A stretch of DNA of 63,902 nt, the filler included, from Octopus bimaculoides (Eukaryota): the NCBI RefSeq assembly GCF_001194135.2. It is 5 parts of 5 records of this genome, joined end to end, with 100 filler letters (N's around TTAATTAATTAA, not from the genome) between each part and the next. Parts side by side here need not be neighbours in the genome. Positions count along the whole stretch, not along the records: positions 50,798 to 59,619 come from NC_069000.1; positions 59,720 to 63,902 come from NC_068990.1; 3 more parts are not named here. One strand, given 5' to 3'. The notes under the pieces are model-generated. The model was not told the origin of the DNA and ran no database searches. It saw nothing but the letters and a program-made list of their open reading frames with translations. The position numbers and the translations under genes are program-made. Below are positions 52,349 to 63,902 of the stretch, piece after piece. The number at the start of each line of letters is the position of its first letter. The stretch's first letter is position 1.

Positions 52349-52667
52349 CACGCACGCACATATATATATATACATATATACACGGGCATACATACACATA
52401 TATATATATACATACGCGTATATATATACATACATATACATGTATACGTACATATATATATACATATATACATACATATAGATATATACATGCATGCATA
52501 CATACATACATACATACATACATACATACATACGCATGTCTGTGGTTCCTTTCTGATGTGCGGACAACAAGCCAGTATATATAAGCACACACATTTCGAT
52601 ATGTATATATAAATCTAAATAAATGTGTGTGTGTGTGTGTGTATATATATATGTATANNNNNNNNNN

Positions 52668-52707
<40 letters not shown>

Positions 52708-53289
52708 GTGTGTGTGTATCAACTGTCGTCCGTGATGACAAAATAACTCAACCTGATCAACTCCATCTCAACGGACGCTGCAATACTGTTTGGTTAAGCA
52801 ACAGAGATATCTATATTTTTTTGTTTTTGTCTTATTTCATGCGATTGTAAAACGTGTCAGTACATTGATTCCGAAAGTTAGTATGTTTTTTTTTTTTTTC
52901 TACGAAATAACTGCATCTCTTCCTTTCCTTGATGAATGCTACAGGCATCTAAGTTCTGATGTAAACATATCCTGTAATAGTTTTTCGCTGTGGCAAGGAA
53001 AAAAAATAATAAAACAAGTGGGGATGAAAAAAAAATGAAAGAATCGATCGATTGCACGTGAATATTTTCGATACTGTTAATTATAGAAATATCTGCTTTT
53101 CAACGGATCTATGGTATCCAGAAAAGGAGTACATTTCTATTTAATTGACACACAGACATAGGCACGCGCGCACACACACACACACCACCACATAAAAGCC
53201 CGCACATACGCATATATATTCATACGTATATGTACATGTTTCTGTGTGTAAATTACTTAAACGTACCCATTTTCGAGATACTATTGAGC

Positions 53290-53483
53290 CGTTAGAAATC
53301 ATATATATTTTTCTTCCTCCGTCTTCCCTTCTTTGGACTGTCGTATGTTTCCGACGAAGAGCTCCGCTCGAAATGTCAAATTCTCTTTCTTTCCTTTCCC
53401 GAGCGTCCAGTAACACAATTTATATCACGTCCTCGCGTTGTTGTTTTTTGTTGTTTTTTGTCGTTTTTCTTTTTTGAACTTAT
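53290..53483 (+). mobile_element. Penelope-type terminal module (second family) with hammerhead-like motif, ends in (TA)n
   Basis: TTT CCGACGA A GAG-CTCCG-CTC GAAA TGTC AAA at 53348-53380, then CCCGAGCG...CCTCGCGTTGTTG as in the other modules. Confidence 0.6.
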
Positions 53484-53487
53484 ATAC

Positions 53488-53544
<57 letters not shown>

Positions 53545-53659
53545 GTGTATCTATGTACGTATATACGTATGCATATAAATCACGTATGTATGTATGTGTG
53601 TGTAAGTATGTATGTAAATCATTATGCCAGGTCTATTTTGTGTATATTTTATTGACGTT

Positions 53660-54060
53660 TTAATTGGGTCATTCTACCAGTACCTCTTCTTATTATGAGT
53701 GGCTATGGCTTCTACCATACTGTGGGTTCTTATTTCTTTGTCCTCGGGATTATCCTTCCGACGGATCTCCTTATACAGTATCTTAACCACAACATTATGT
53801 CTCATCGGTTGAATTACCGTGATGACATTTTCAGACAGTTGCTTATGATGTGGGGTGATGTCATCAGTGTTAACTCCACAAAGTCTGCATCCGTTGTCAC
53901 ATTTTGCTGCTTTTCCTGCACCTCGGTCCCTTTTGTACATCAGGTATTTGGTTCATATTTTCTGTTCTTAGACTGGAAACGTATACCCTTCAAAGTGAAA
54001 GTTAGTTATCCAATCGTTGGTCCAGAATAGACTGCTTTGATGATCAATGTTACTATCATC
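53660..54060 (-). mobile_element. R4/Dong-type LINE fragment (post-RT and CCHC zinc knuckle)
   Basis: HFEGYTFPVQEQKIGTKYL, then CRLCGVNTDDITPH...PMRHNVVVKILY...YW. Confidence 0.8.
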
Positions 54061-54097
54061 GCGGAGCTTTCTGTCTGTATGTATGAATGTATGCGTA

Positions 54098-54205
54098 AGA
54101 AGGTATAAGGACTTGCTGAAGGCTTACTTAACAGATGCTTGCATCTCTCCTGACACATAGGAGGGCATAGCTATTGACCGTAGCAGGTGGAGAAGGATTG
54201 TGCCA
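54098..54205 (+). mobile_element. RTE-type LINE C-terminal fragment
   Basis: RRYKDLLKAYLTDACISPDT*EGIAIDRSRWRRIV matches RTE RxRYKDxLK...WExxAxDRxxWR. Confidence 0.75.
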
Positions 54206-55259
54206 GATTACCGTCTTGGGTCCGTAATCAAATTCTCCTGTGGTTCGCTTGCCTTTTACTATTTAGGATTGGTAAAATAGGTACCAAATGAGCATTGGGG
54301 TTAATGTATTCGACTTATTCTCCTAAGGAATTTTGTACCAAAATGTGAAATCAATATAATGTGTCCGTGTTAGTGTGAGAGTAATTTTACGGTGGTTTAT
54401 TTGATTACATTGCTGTTGCAACACAGTTAAATTTTAATTGGCAGAACTGATAGAGTTCCAGAAATGTAACATTGTTGCGTTTATTTAAATTTGTAATCGT
54501 TTTGTTTTATCATCATTTGTTGGCCGAAAGATTAATAATTAGTATATTAATAATGTATAAATGCCGATTCAAATCTACCATTTCCCAATAAAACTTCTTT
54601 TGCATTCAAATATGTTTTTCTAAAATAGGTTTTATGGCGAGAATCGCTCAACCAGAAAGAAACACCTGGCCAGCCGCCCTCACCGCCTGGCTGAAGTCAT
54701 TTTAACTTCACGAGACTAATATACTTTAAAATTGACTAATCGTCATAAATTTTATTCCCTCTCCCTCATGAAACATTTTAAGCTTTCATTTCACTTTATT
54801 TCTTGTTTATATTTATATGTTTACTTCTTTTTCTATTCAAAAGAACCTTATAATTAGGAGGAAATTAACAACAAAGGCAGAGGCAGGTTGGTTAGGTTAC
54901 TAACCGAGTGGGATTATCTTTGCATGGAAATTAAAAAGTTAAAAAGAAAAAAGGAAATGCGGAACTGTTTGAAACTAAATTGAAACCAGATCTAAACATA
55001 CAGGAAATGATCATCTTACTTCAAATAATAAAAGATGATACCATTAGTTAATTTTATTGAATTAAACATCTAACACGTACGGACTGTCAGTAAATTAACT
55101 GTTAATGGTAATTATAATGACGACCGAATATTAATTATAAACGACACCATACAGAGTGCTGCAGATTTGAAAAAGAAATGCCGGCTTTCAAAGCAGGGAT
55201 TTTCGCAGGGGTTCAAAAAACTTTTACAATGTGCACATAGTAACTGACAGCTGGTATTG

Positions 55260-55475
55260 TTGTATTTAGTTCCAGTTCAACTCTGATAGAGGACACTTTA
55301 TAAATCAAAAGCATTCCAGCAGTAACCATTCCATCTGTTTCTCAGTATATAAACTGCATTGCCTAATGAATTCTTCCTGTTTTTTTGGGTTTTTTTAAGA
55401 ATGTGGAGGCGTCCTCTAAGAGAAAGTTGACTGGTATTTCTAGCTGATAATGTGACCTCATGGAGGGTACCCACC
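55260..55475 (+). repeat. Old dispersed repeat family E (..GCTATTTCTAGC.. motif)
   Basis: Related pieces at 30690-30845(-), 40075-40205(+), 10140-10255(+), 37250-37300(+) and 40440-40500(-). Confidence 0.55.
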
Positions 55476-57206
55476 CCTTATCTGCAGATGTTTCGATGGG
55501 AGACCAAAGGGACGATGTTTTGTATTCCAACACATGTGTAAGTGTTTATGTGTGTGCGTGTGTGTATATGTGTGCGTGAGTGATTGTGTGTGTTTGTATG
55601 AGTGTATATAGGGGAGATAAAGTTTACATATATAAATACATATTTAAATAAACATATATAGGCACAGGAATGGCTGTGTCGTTCCGGGTTCAGTCCCATT
55701 GTGTGGCACCTTGGGCATGTGTCTTCTACTATAGCCTCGGGCCGATCAAAGCCTTGTGACAAAAATGTTTAGGTGCATCTCTTCTGGCTTAGCTTTCTGC
55801 GTTCAAATTCCGCAGAGGTAGACTTTGTTTTATATACTTTCGGGGTCGATAAAATATGTACTAGTCGCGTACTGGGGTCGATATAAACGAACAACCTCTT
55901 CCCCACTAAATTTCAGGCCTTTTTTCTATAGTAGTACGGATTATGTGGTCATCGTTGACTAAACCGGTTATACCGCCAAGATTTTCTTGTCCTGATACTG
56001 ATCCTAGTAAAAAGCATTGCTTGAACTCTAACTGTATTACACACACGCACACATGCATACATATATTAATGTGATCTTGTTTGTACGAAGGTAATGATCT
56101 CCACTAATATGATGAAGATTGGAGAAAGGTATTGGTCTGCAACAGTATCATTTAATAACAATCCAACCTTTAGATGCGCTAATCAGTTAGTGTCCAAGAG
56201 CAAACAAATTTTGCAGTCACACAGAAGCTATGACAACAAACCATAACTGCTTTCATGAAATTATTCAGTAACAAATCAAAAAAAAATAGTTGTGTTGGGA
56301 TACACCGTTTCCTACCGCCCCATAAAGAGCAGGGAAAATTGTCACCTCTCTGAATACTGTAGCATATGCACTGTTATCTGTAGCTGACGCTTCACACTCG
56401 TTTGTCCTGCTTGCAATCAGATATACGTTGAATCTGTGGACTCATCCAAATGACAGCTTTAGTCTTCACAACTTGTCTATAAACGTACAGTTTATATCAT
56501 AGATTGCGATAAAAACTATATAAACTATGACAATAATTTTATCATAAACGTATGAAGAACTGCATATAGCTAGTAATATCATATAACAAGTGAATCAACA
56601 TCAGTTTTATATATATATATATATGTGTGTGTGTGCGTGTGTGTGTGTGTGTGTGCGTGTGTGTGTGTATACATATATATATACATACATAACTATATAT
56701 TACCTGTCTGTTTCTCTATCTAGCTAATATATATATATATATATATATNNNNNNNNNNNNNNNNNNNNNNNNNNNNNNNNNNNNNNNNNNNNNNNNNNNN
56801 NNNNNNNNNNNNNNNNNNNNNNNNNNNNNNNNNNNNNNNNNNNNNNNNNNNNNNNNNNNNNNNNNNNNNNNNNNNNNNNNNNNNNNNNNNNNNNNNNNNN
56901 NNNNNNNNNNNNNNNNNNNNNNNNNNNNNNNNNNNNNNNNNNNNNNNNNNNNNNNNNNNNNNNNNNNNNNNNNNNNNNNNNNNNNNNNNNNNNNNNNNNN
57001 NNNNNNNNNNNNNNNNNNNNNNNNNNNNNNNNNNNNNNNNNNNNNNNNNNNNNNNNNNNNNNNNNNNNNNNNNATATACTTGTCTGTTTCTCTATATCTC
57101 CCCAAAGATATATATATATATATATACATATCTATATATCTATATAAATATATATGTATATATGTATATATACATACATACCTGTCTGTTTCTCTATCTA
57201 GCCATA

Positions 57207-57256
<50 letters not shown>

Positions 57257-58454
57257 AACACATATATGTATGCATCCAGACAGAGAAAGAGAGAAAGAAG
57301 GGTTGAAAGGCAGTGAAGGAGAGAGAAAAAGGAGAGAGTGACAACATATAGAAACATATGTGAGGCAAAGTACGTGTCTGAAGGTAAGGAAAAAAAACAA
57401 CATATGAGCGGAAGGAGTTTGAAGGAAAGTGATTAAATTATAAATCCAACAGCATGTACATGTGTCTCAGAATTTGTGTGTGTGTGCATATGTGCGAGGA
57501 AAAGAGATGGAGAACGATATCAAATGAGAGAGTGTGAGAGAGCGAGTTAGAGACATAAACAGCGACAGTGAGAAATGTGATACAATTTAGCTTGGGAAAC
57601 AAGATCATCATGGTTTCAAGCTCAGCAGATGTTAGATAATATGCTCAACCAAATTACTATCTTTATCTCAAAAAAAAAAACAAAAAAAAAACTGTCTATC
57701 TTATTATTTATTTATAGATTTTTTGTTGTTGTTGTATTATTTTATCTAACTCCCGCCATCCCTCATCACTGTTCTGCACACAAACATCCTCGACACAATT
57801 TTTGTCATTAAAAGTAAAGCAGATTCTGTTTGTGTGTGTGTGTGTGTGTGTGTCTAAGTGTGAAGCGCCTTGGAGCAAAACAATAATTGTTCCGTCATTA
57901 TANNNNNNNNNNNNNNNNNNNNNNNNNNNNNNNNNNNNNNNNNNNNNNNNNNNNNNNNNNNNNNNNNNNNNNNNNNNNNNNNNNNNNNNNNNNNNNNNNN
58001 NNNNNNNNNNNNNNNNNNNNNNNNNNNNNNNNNNNNNNNNNNNNNNNNNNNNNNNNNNNNNNNNNNNNNNNNNNNNNNNNNNNNNNNNNNNNNNNNNNNN
58101 NNNNNNNNNNNNNNNNNNNNNNNNNNNNNNNNNNNNNNNNNNNNNNNNNNNNNNNNNNNNNNNNNNNNNNNNNNNNNNNNNNNNNNNNNNNNNNNNNNNN
58201 NNNNNNNNNNNNNNNNNNNNNNNNNNNNNNNNNNNNNNNNNNNNNNNNNNNNNNNNNNNNNNNNNNNNNNNNNNNNNNNNNNNNNNNNNNNNNNNNNNNN
58301 NNNNNNNNNNNNNNNNNNNNNNNNNNNNNNNNNNNNNNNNNNNNNNNNNNNNNNNNNNNNNNNNNNNNNNNNNNNNNNNNNNNNNNNNNNNNNNNNNNNN
58401 NNNNNNNNNNNNNNNNNNNNNNNNNNNNNNNNNNNNNNNNNNNNNNNNNNNNNN

Positions 58455-58457
58455 ATA

Positions 58458-58491
<34 letters not shown>

Positions 58492-58540
58492 GAGAGAGAG
58501 AGACAGAGAGAGACAGAGACAGAGACAGAGACAGAGAGTC

Positions 58541-58599
<59 letters not shown>

Positions 58600-59542
58600 G
58601 ATATAAAATGATCCATAGATCTATAGATTGAAAGAGAGCATTTCGCGTCCTTCTGAATTGTATAAATAAGTCTGCCGAAGTTTTTGTGTGTGTATATGTG
58701 TGTATTAGTGCAAGCAACTCCAGCCGAGTGGATATGTGTGCACACACACAAACACACATATACAAGTATACACATATATATATTTACATACATGTATCCA
58801 CACACACTCTCTCTCACACACACACACACACACACTCACTCAACTCTCATATGTATATTATTACGTATATGACACTTTTTTCTGTTTAGTAGATGTGTAG
58901 TAAATTGTATTAGTGAAGCACTCTCTCTCTCTTTCTCTCTCTTTCTCTCTCTTTCCCTCTCCCTCTCTTCTTCCTTCTCTCTCTCTCGCTCTTCCCGCGC
59001 GCGCTTGTATGCGTGTATATCTATACATTCTTGTTTTGACATATAAGTACGTTTATGTAGGTACGTGCACTTAGACAGAAAGAACGTGTGAGTGTATGTG
59101 TATGTGTGTGTGTGTGCATGTCAGTGTGTGTGTGTGTGTCAGTGAGTATGTGTGTGTGTGTGTCAGTGTGTGTATATGTCAGTGTGTGTGTGTCAGTATG
59201 TGTGTGTGTGGGATTGTGTGTGTATGCGAGGGTGCATTGTCGTTTTTAAGTGCATTTACCTCGTATTCTTTGGTTCATACCTGCAAACGAACCCGTTCAC
59301 ACACGTTTAAACATACACGTAGGCATACACATACAAAGACACACATCTGCACACACACACACACACACACACATACATACGCAAGCACATCCACACACAA
59401 GTATAGTCGTACAAGCACACCTACACATAGACACAAAAAGAGCACACGTGTACAAGTGAACCTACTGCTGCGAACATGTACGTGTGTATGCATGCAGAGA
59501 ACACTGTTTTCTTTAGATAATGGTTCTATATATATAGGTGTG

Positions 59543-59575
<33 letters not shown>

Positions 59576-59584
59576 ATTTATATG

Positions 59585-59619
<35 letters not shown>
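58455..59619. repeat. Compound TA/GA/CA/TG microsatellite region
   Basis: Direct reading; comparable tracts at 8925-9060, 13560-13800, 18380-18680, 20560-20790, 44170-44400 and 51570-52720. Confidence 0.9.
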
Positions 59620-59719
59620 NNNNNNNNNNNNNNNNNNNNNNNNNNNNNNNNNNNNNNNNNNNNTTAATTAATTAANNNNNNNNNNNNNNNNNNNNNNNNN
59701 NNNNNNNNNNNNNNNNNNN

Positions 59720-60104
59720 CCAGTAACCAGGGCCTTGTCTATGGAGCCTATCTAAGTCGACCGTACAGATCACGAATTTGTGGTCCGTGTAGCCGACTAT
59801 GTTGAATTGTGGACACCCTATGCTATCCTTATCCGCTGGCCTACAGAAAAATCTATCTAAGTACGATCTAGACGACCCGATGCGATTAGTCCAAGTCCAC
59901 ATTGGCACATTCGGGTTGTCTAGTCGATACCTGTCGGACAGCTGAAAGCGTTTGAGCAGGTTGGCGAGGCTCTTGCATCCCCCTTTCCTATTAGATGCTC
60001 CCGCACCCACCCTATCGATACGTTCGTCTAGGACAGCGTTCCAGTCCCCAACTAGCACTAAAGTGCGAGAAGTACCTAGGAAAACCTCCAGACGTTTAAT
60101 GATG
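59720..60104 (-). mobile_element. Tx1/L1-clade ORF2 apurinic endonuclease fragment (runs into gap)
   Basis: LVLVGDWNAVLD...WTW...SYLDRFF...TDHKFV, the APE motifs GDFN, W-T-W, RxD and SDH. Confidence 0.92.
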
Positions 60105-60792
60105 ATGATTTGGAAGACAATACCGAAGGACGAGTTACACCACACACAAAAAAAAATACAAAACAAAAATTACAAAAACATGTAGGGTTAACATCGTTCA
60201 AGGGAAGATACTACCACATTAAAGGCTATAACAGGATATATAATAGAAAGTAGAGAAATAAATAATAAATAAATAGAATCCTCAATAGCGGCACAGTCCA
60301 CTTAGGGTAATCCGGGGTAAACTCCACATAAAAGTCCCGAATTACTCTGCCATCCCCAAGGCATGGGAAAGTGCCCTCTTCCAGTTTCTTTCCTCTGGCT
60401 TATAAAAGCATTAAGTAGATCCATTCAGTCTTACCAGTCTTGCCACTGTCGACCACCTTCTGATAAACACACTAGAAGGTAGTACCTCCCTCTCTACCCT
60501 CAGCTTCCTCTTCAAATGATATTTGAAGAAATTGATGAGAGCTTGGCCAGATAGGAAAGTACCTGTCTTCAAACCTTTCAGACGGGTCCACCACAGAGCC
60601 TCTTTTTCCACAACCATTAAGCAGAGAAAGATTTGCTTTCCGTCTCTGGTGAAGATGGTGCATCGATCGTCACTATACACTTGACAGACAGCTGAATTCG
60701 TCTTACACGCGACAACAGCTGCACCACACAATCCCACAAGTCTCTAATGCACGGACACTGAATTATTGCATGCAGGATGGTTTCTTCCCTCT
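60105..60792 (-). mobile_element. Tx1/L1-clade 3' end (zinc knuckle, ORF2 C-terminus, 3' UTR)
   Basis: EETILHAIIQCPCIRDLW (ETxxHxxxxC) and KEALWWTR...LINFFKYHLKRKLRVER...RWSTVA, followed by a T-rich 3' UTR. Confidence 0.85.
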
Positions 60793-60794
60793 GC

Positions 60795-61695
60795 ATATCA
60801 GGAACTGCAAGAGAAGACATACAAACCTGAGCATGGCATGGGTTGACTGTCGCAAAGCATACGATATGATACTACACTCCTGGATAATAAGAACAACGGA
60901 AATGTATAGAGTAGCAGAAAATATGAGAAGCTTTATATGGAATAGCATAAAATGCTGGAGGATGGAATTGACAACAGGGAAGCAAGTATTAGGTGAGGCG
61001 AAAATCAGGAGAGGGTATCTTCCAGGGGCAAAGTGTGTTCCCATTGATATCCGTGCTGGCAATGATCCCCTTCAGTGAAATACTACAGAAAACAGACACG
61101 ACAGAGACAGAGATGAAGACCTATCTACATTGGAAGCTATGTCAACACTATGGAATAACAACAGAAAAAAAATAGTATAGGCACACGCCAGAAAAGATCA
61201 CAGAAAATGAGAAAGTAACCATACTCTGCGATATTCCAATACACACAGAGAAATTAAGGTCAATAGGCCGGATACAGTTCTCAGAGATCACCAAGAAGCA
61301 AAAATGCTTTCTAGTCGGTGTATCAATACCAACAGATGACAATGTTTCTCTAAAAGAAACGGAGAAACTTTCAAAATACAAAGATCTGGAAATAGAAGTA
61401 ACTCGAATGTGAAATCTAAAAACAGAAACAATTCCTATTATAGTAGGTGCATTAGGTATGATAACAAAAAAACATCCAGCCAAATACATAACAAAAACAC
61501 TAGGACTTACAAGTATATATAACATACAGAAAATAGCACTACTACGCACCTCACATATCCTACGTAAAACATTTTTAATACATTGAAAATAAGAGCATCA
61601 CAACAAACCACAGCACATACCCAAGGCACACAGACCTGCGCTCGGTAGTGCAATAAAAGTACGTGATAAAAATAAGACTAATGAATAATAATAAT
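60795..61695 (+). mobile_element. R4/Dong-type RLE LINE, 5'-truncated and internally deleted
   Basis: RT part NLSMAWVDCRKAYDM..HSWI...RRG/IFQGQSVFPL, a jump at about 61095 to RHD..YLHWKLC, then RLE block KCFLVGVSIPTD...KETEKLSKYKDLEIE...PIIVGALG...IQKIALL, 3' UTR and (AAT)n tail. Confidence 0.9.
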
Positions 61696-61696
61696 C

Positions 61697-62290
61697 TAAA
61701 GTTAGAAGGTAGAAGAGCCCCTATACTGAGGGTAGAAGGACCCCTTATACTAAAGGTAGAGGAGCCTCTTTGACTAGGAGTAGAAGAGCCCTAGAGGGGC
61801 CCCTCTAGAGATGGTGTCTCGATAAAAATATTCATTACTCCTCTGCATGGGAGTAATGAATAATAGATTTAACTCAAACGACGGCGTAAATGAGGACGGA
61901 ACTACAAGTGACAGACTTTCACCCGGGAAGTATCCTGTGTGTGAGCGGCACAGGCCCGGTTGTCATTATACAGTTTCAAGAACAAAATGGACTCAGACTA
62001 TGAATACAGCTGTCATGGAATGTTATTTTTGGAGTTGGAATTGACATGCAAGCCCCAAAAACTGCTCTGTTGGGGACAGCTAGAATATTGAGTTTGGTAC
62101 TTGAATGTTGAATGTCTCCCACAATAATTAACAACCAAATATCAAAGCTGTGAGACTCTGTGAGACCGTTGACAACAGGGTGCTATCCGCTCTCACAGAA
62201 TCTACCAGAACAAACAAGGGGGGGGGGACAACTGGTGTTTGGACATTTTAGTAGCGAGTAACTATCAACAAGCTTAATAAATAAATAAAA
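61697..62290 (+). mobile_element. Miniature R4/Dong-derived element (N-terminus joined directly to C-terminus)
   Basis: ATG at 61847...RTKWTQTMNTAVMECYF (R4 N-terminal KWT...ECY motif) joins at about 62032 to GIDMQAPKTALLGTARILSLVLEC* (stop 62109-62111) plus 3' UTR. The 3' end is approximate. Confidence 0.7.
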
Positions 62291-62642
62291 AAGAAATAAA
62301 TAAGTAAATGTAACTATTCATGTATATACACACATACATACATATGCATATATATTTATGTTTGCACATACATACATACATACATACATACATACATGTG
62401 TGTGGGTTTGCACACACACGCACAATTACACACATAAACGGCCATGAAAACATAGAAATACCTATACACGCATACACACAGTATATGTATATACAAACAC
62501 TCGAGGACGCACATTTACGTACACAGATGCAAAGGAAACCCACTGTCAGCATACAGTTTGTATACATATATACACACATATTTGTATGCAAATATATACA
62601 TAGGTGCAGGAGTGGCCGTGTGGTAAGTAGCTTGCTTACCAA

Positions 62643-63902
62643 GCGGACGAGGTTTTTTGTTGCTCCCGCTTCACGTCGCTGAATGCCAGCGTCGTGAATT
62701 TTTGACGTACAACTACAGGTAAGACTTTTGTGTTTTTTTGGATTTAGTGGGGCTTTGCTGCTCGTGTTTATTTATATTTATGTTGAACAAGAAATCTCCA
62801 CTGAATTCTACGCATTTGTCTGCCTGTGGTTGTGCTTAAAGTCTCACTTAGCGGCGAGAAGAGTGTTTTGGAGGTATCACTCCTCCCAAAATTGTGAACT
62901 CAATTTGTAAAAGTTTGTTGTTTTCAAGTCATGATTTGAAAACTACAAATAAATATTGTGAACTTTGTTTAAAAAGAAAAGGAATTTATTGTTTTCAAAC
63001 CAAGTTTTGAAAGCTAATAAATTTGAAGAAAAGTCTTCCTTTNNNNNNNNNNNNNNNNNNNNNNNNNNNNNNNNNNNNNNNNNNNNNNNNNNNNNNNNNN
63101 NNNNNNNNNNNNNNNNNNNNNNNNNNNNNNNNNNNNNNNNNNNNNNNNNNNNNNNNNNNNNNNNNNNNNNNNNNNNNNNNNNNNNNNNNNNNNNNNNNNN
63201 NNNNNNNNNNNNNNNNNNNNNNNNNNNNNNNNNNNNNNNNNNNNNNNNNNNNNNNNNNNNNNNNNNNNNNNNNNNNNNNNNNNNNNNNNNNNNNNNNNNN
63301 NNNNNNNNNNNNNNNNNNNNNNNNNNNNNNNNNNNNNNNNNNNNNNNNNNNNNAGTACGAACTGTTTATTTTATTTCTTCCGCTTTTTTCAACTGTTTTC
63401 TCTTTTTGCATGGTTTTAAAATTTTTTCGTTGTTTAATTTTTATGTGGACATTTTTATCATGGCAGAGAACATAAAGAAAAATAGGGCCACTGCTGTGGA
63501 GTGGGAGATTATCCCACCCAAGAAGTGGTTAAATGATTTCAGGGAAAGAACGGTGGTGCTACGGACCTACTCTAGGTTACTCGACACCATTACGGTCTTT
63601 CCCAAAATTGAAATTGAAAAAGAGTTGGCAGAATATCTGCCAACTATTAAGTTTATGGCAAGGGGTGTAAAATACGCGACGGTTAAGTTGCTATTTGACA
63701 CCCCTGAGGTGCTATTTGACACCTCTGAGGTGTTATTTGACACCCCTGACACAGTCCTTAGAAGGGGAAAAAAATTCTGTTTCTTCCCACATACTGTGGG
63801 AAGAAATTAACTAGGGCTTGGATCTGTGGGCTGCCACCCGGTATAGAACCTGATTGGATAGAGGATACTATCCGATGGGGTTTGGGTGGCAGTGGAGCAA
63901 AG
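62643..63902 (+). mobile_element. Tx1-like LINE 5' end with ORF1 start (continues beyond window)
   Basis: ORF from about 63460, MAENIKKNRATAVEWEIIPPKKWLNDFRERTVVLR...KELAEYLPTIKFMARG, resembles Tx1 ORF1 and is disrupted downstream. The long 5' UTR starts where a SINE head breaks off; the 5' boundary is inferred. Confidence 0.6.

Noticed and set aside
56300-56470. Minus-strand HLDESTD resembling hAT/Charlie transposase
   Set aside because: The neighbouring hAT motifs could not be recovered in any frame.

Overview
Repeat-dominated, gappy animal genomic DNA. The SINE families, microsatellite density and the TTAATTAATTAA gap linker point to an octopus draft assembly, probably Octopus bimaculoides (inference). 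One host-gene piece is clearly supported: exon 1 of an H-type (soma) ferritin on the minus strand. It has a TATA box, a cap-proximal iron-responsive element (25404-25431) and 35 codons (25294-25190) ending at a GTAAGT donor. I could not find its downstream exons in the sequenced bases. The rest is microsatellite, N-gaps and decayed transposable elements: mariner, Tc1 and DUF4817-type transposase relics, Tigger- and piggyBac-like MITEs, R4/Dong, RTE, Tx1 and Penelope fragments, and at least five SINE families. The most interesting non-routine signals are: (1) Penelope-type terminal modules carrying minimal hammerhead-ribozyme motifs, one complete and enclosed by 70-bp inverted repeats; (2) an IRE with a C-A mismatch at the loop-closing pair; (3) a non-coding element with a 5S-like head and an R4-like tail; (4) a miniature R4 element; (5) two long foldback palindromes. 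There is no CRISPR array, rRNA gene or bona fide tRNA gene. Almost all ORFs in the supplied track are microsatellite or gap artefacts. Family names are from recall and by-eye alignment, not from database searches.
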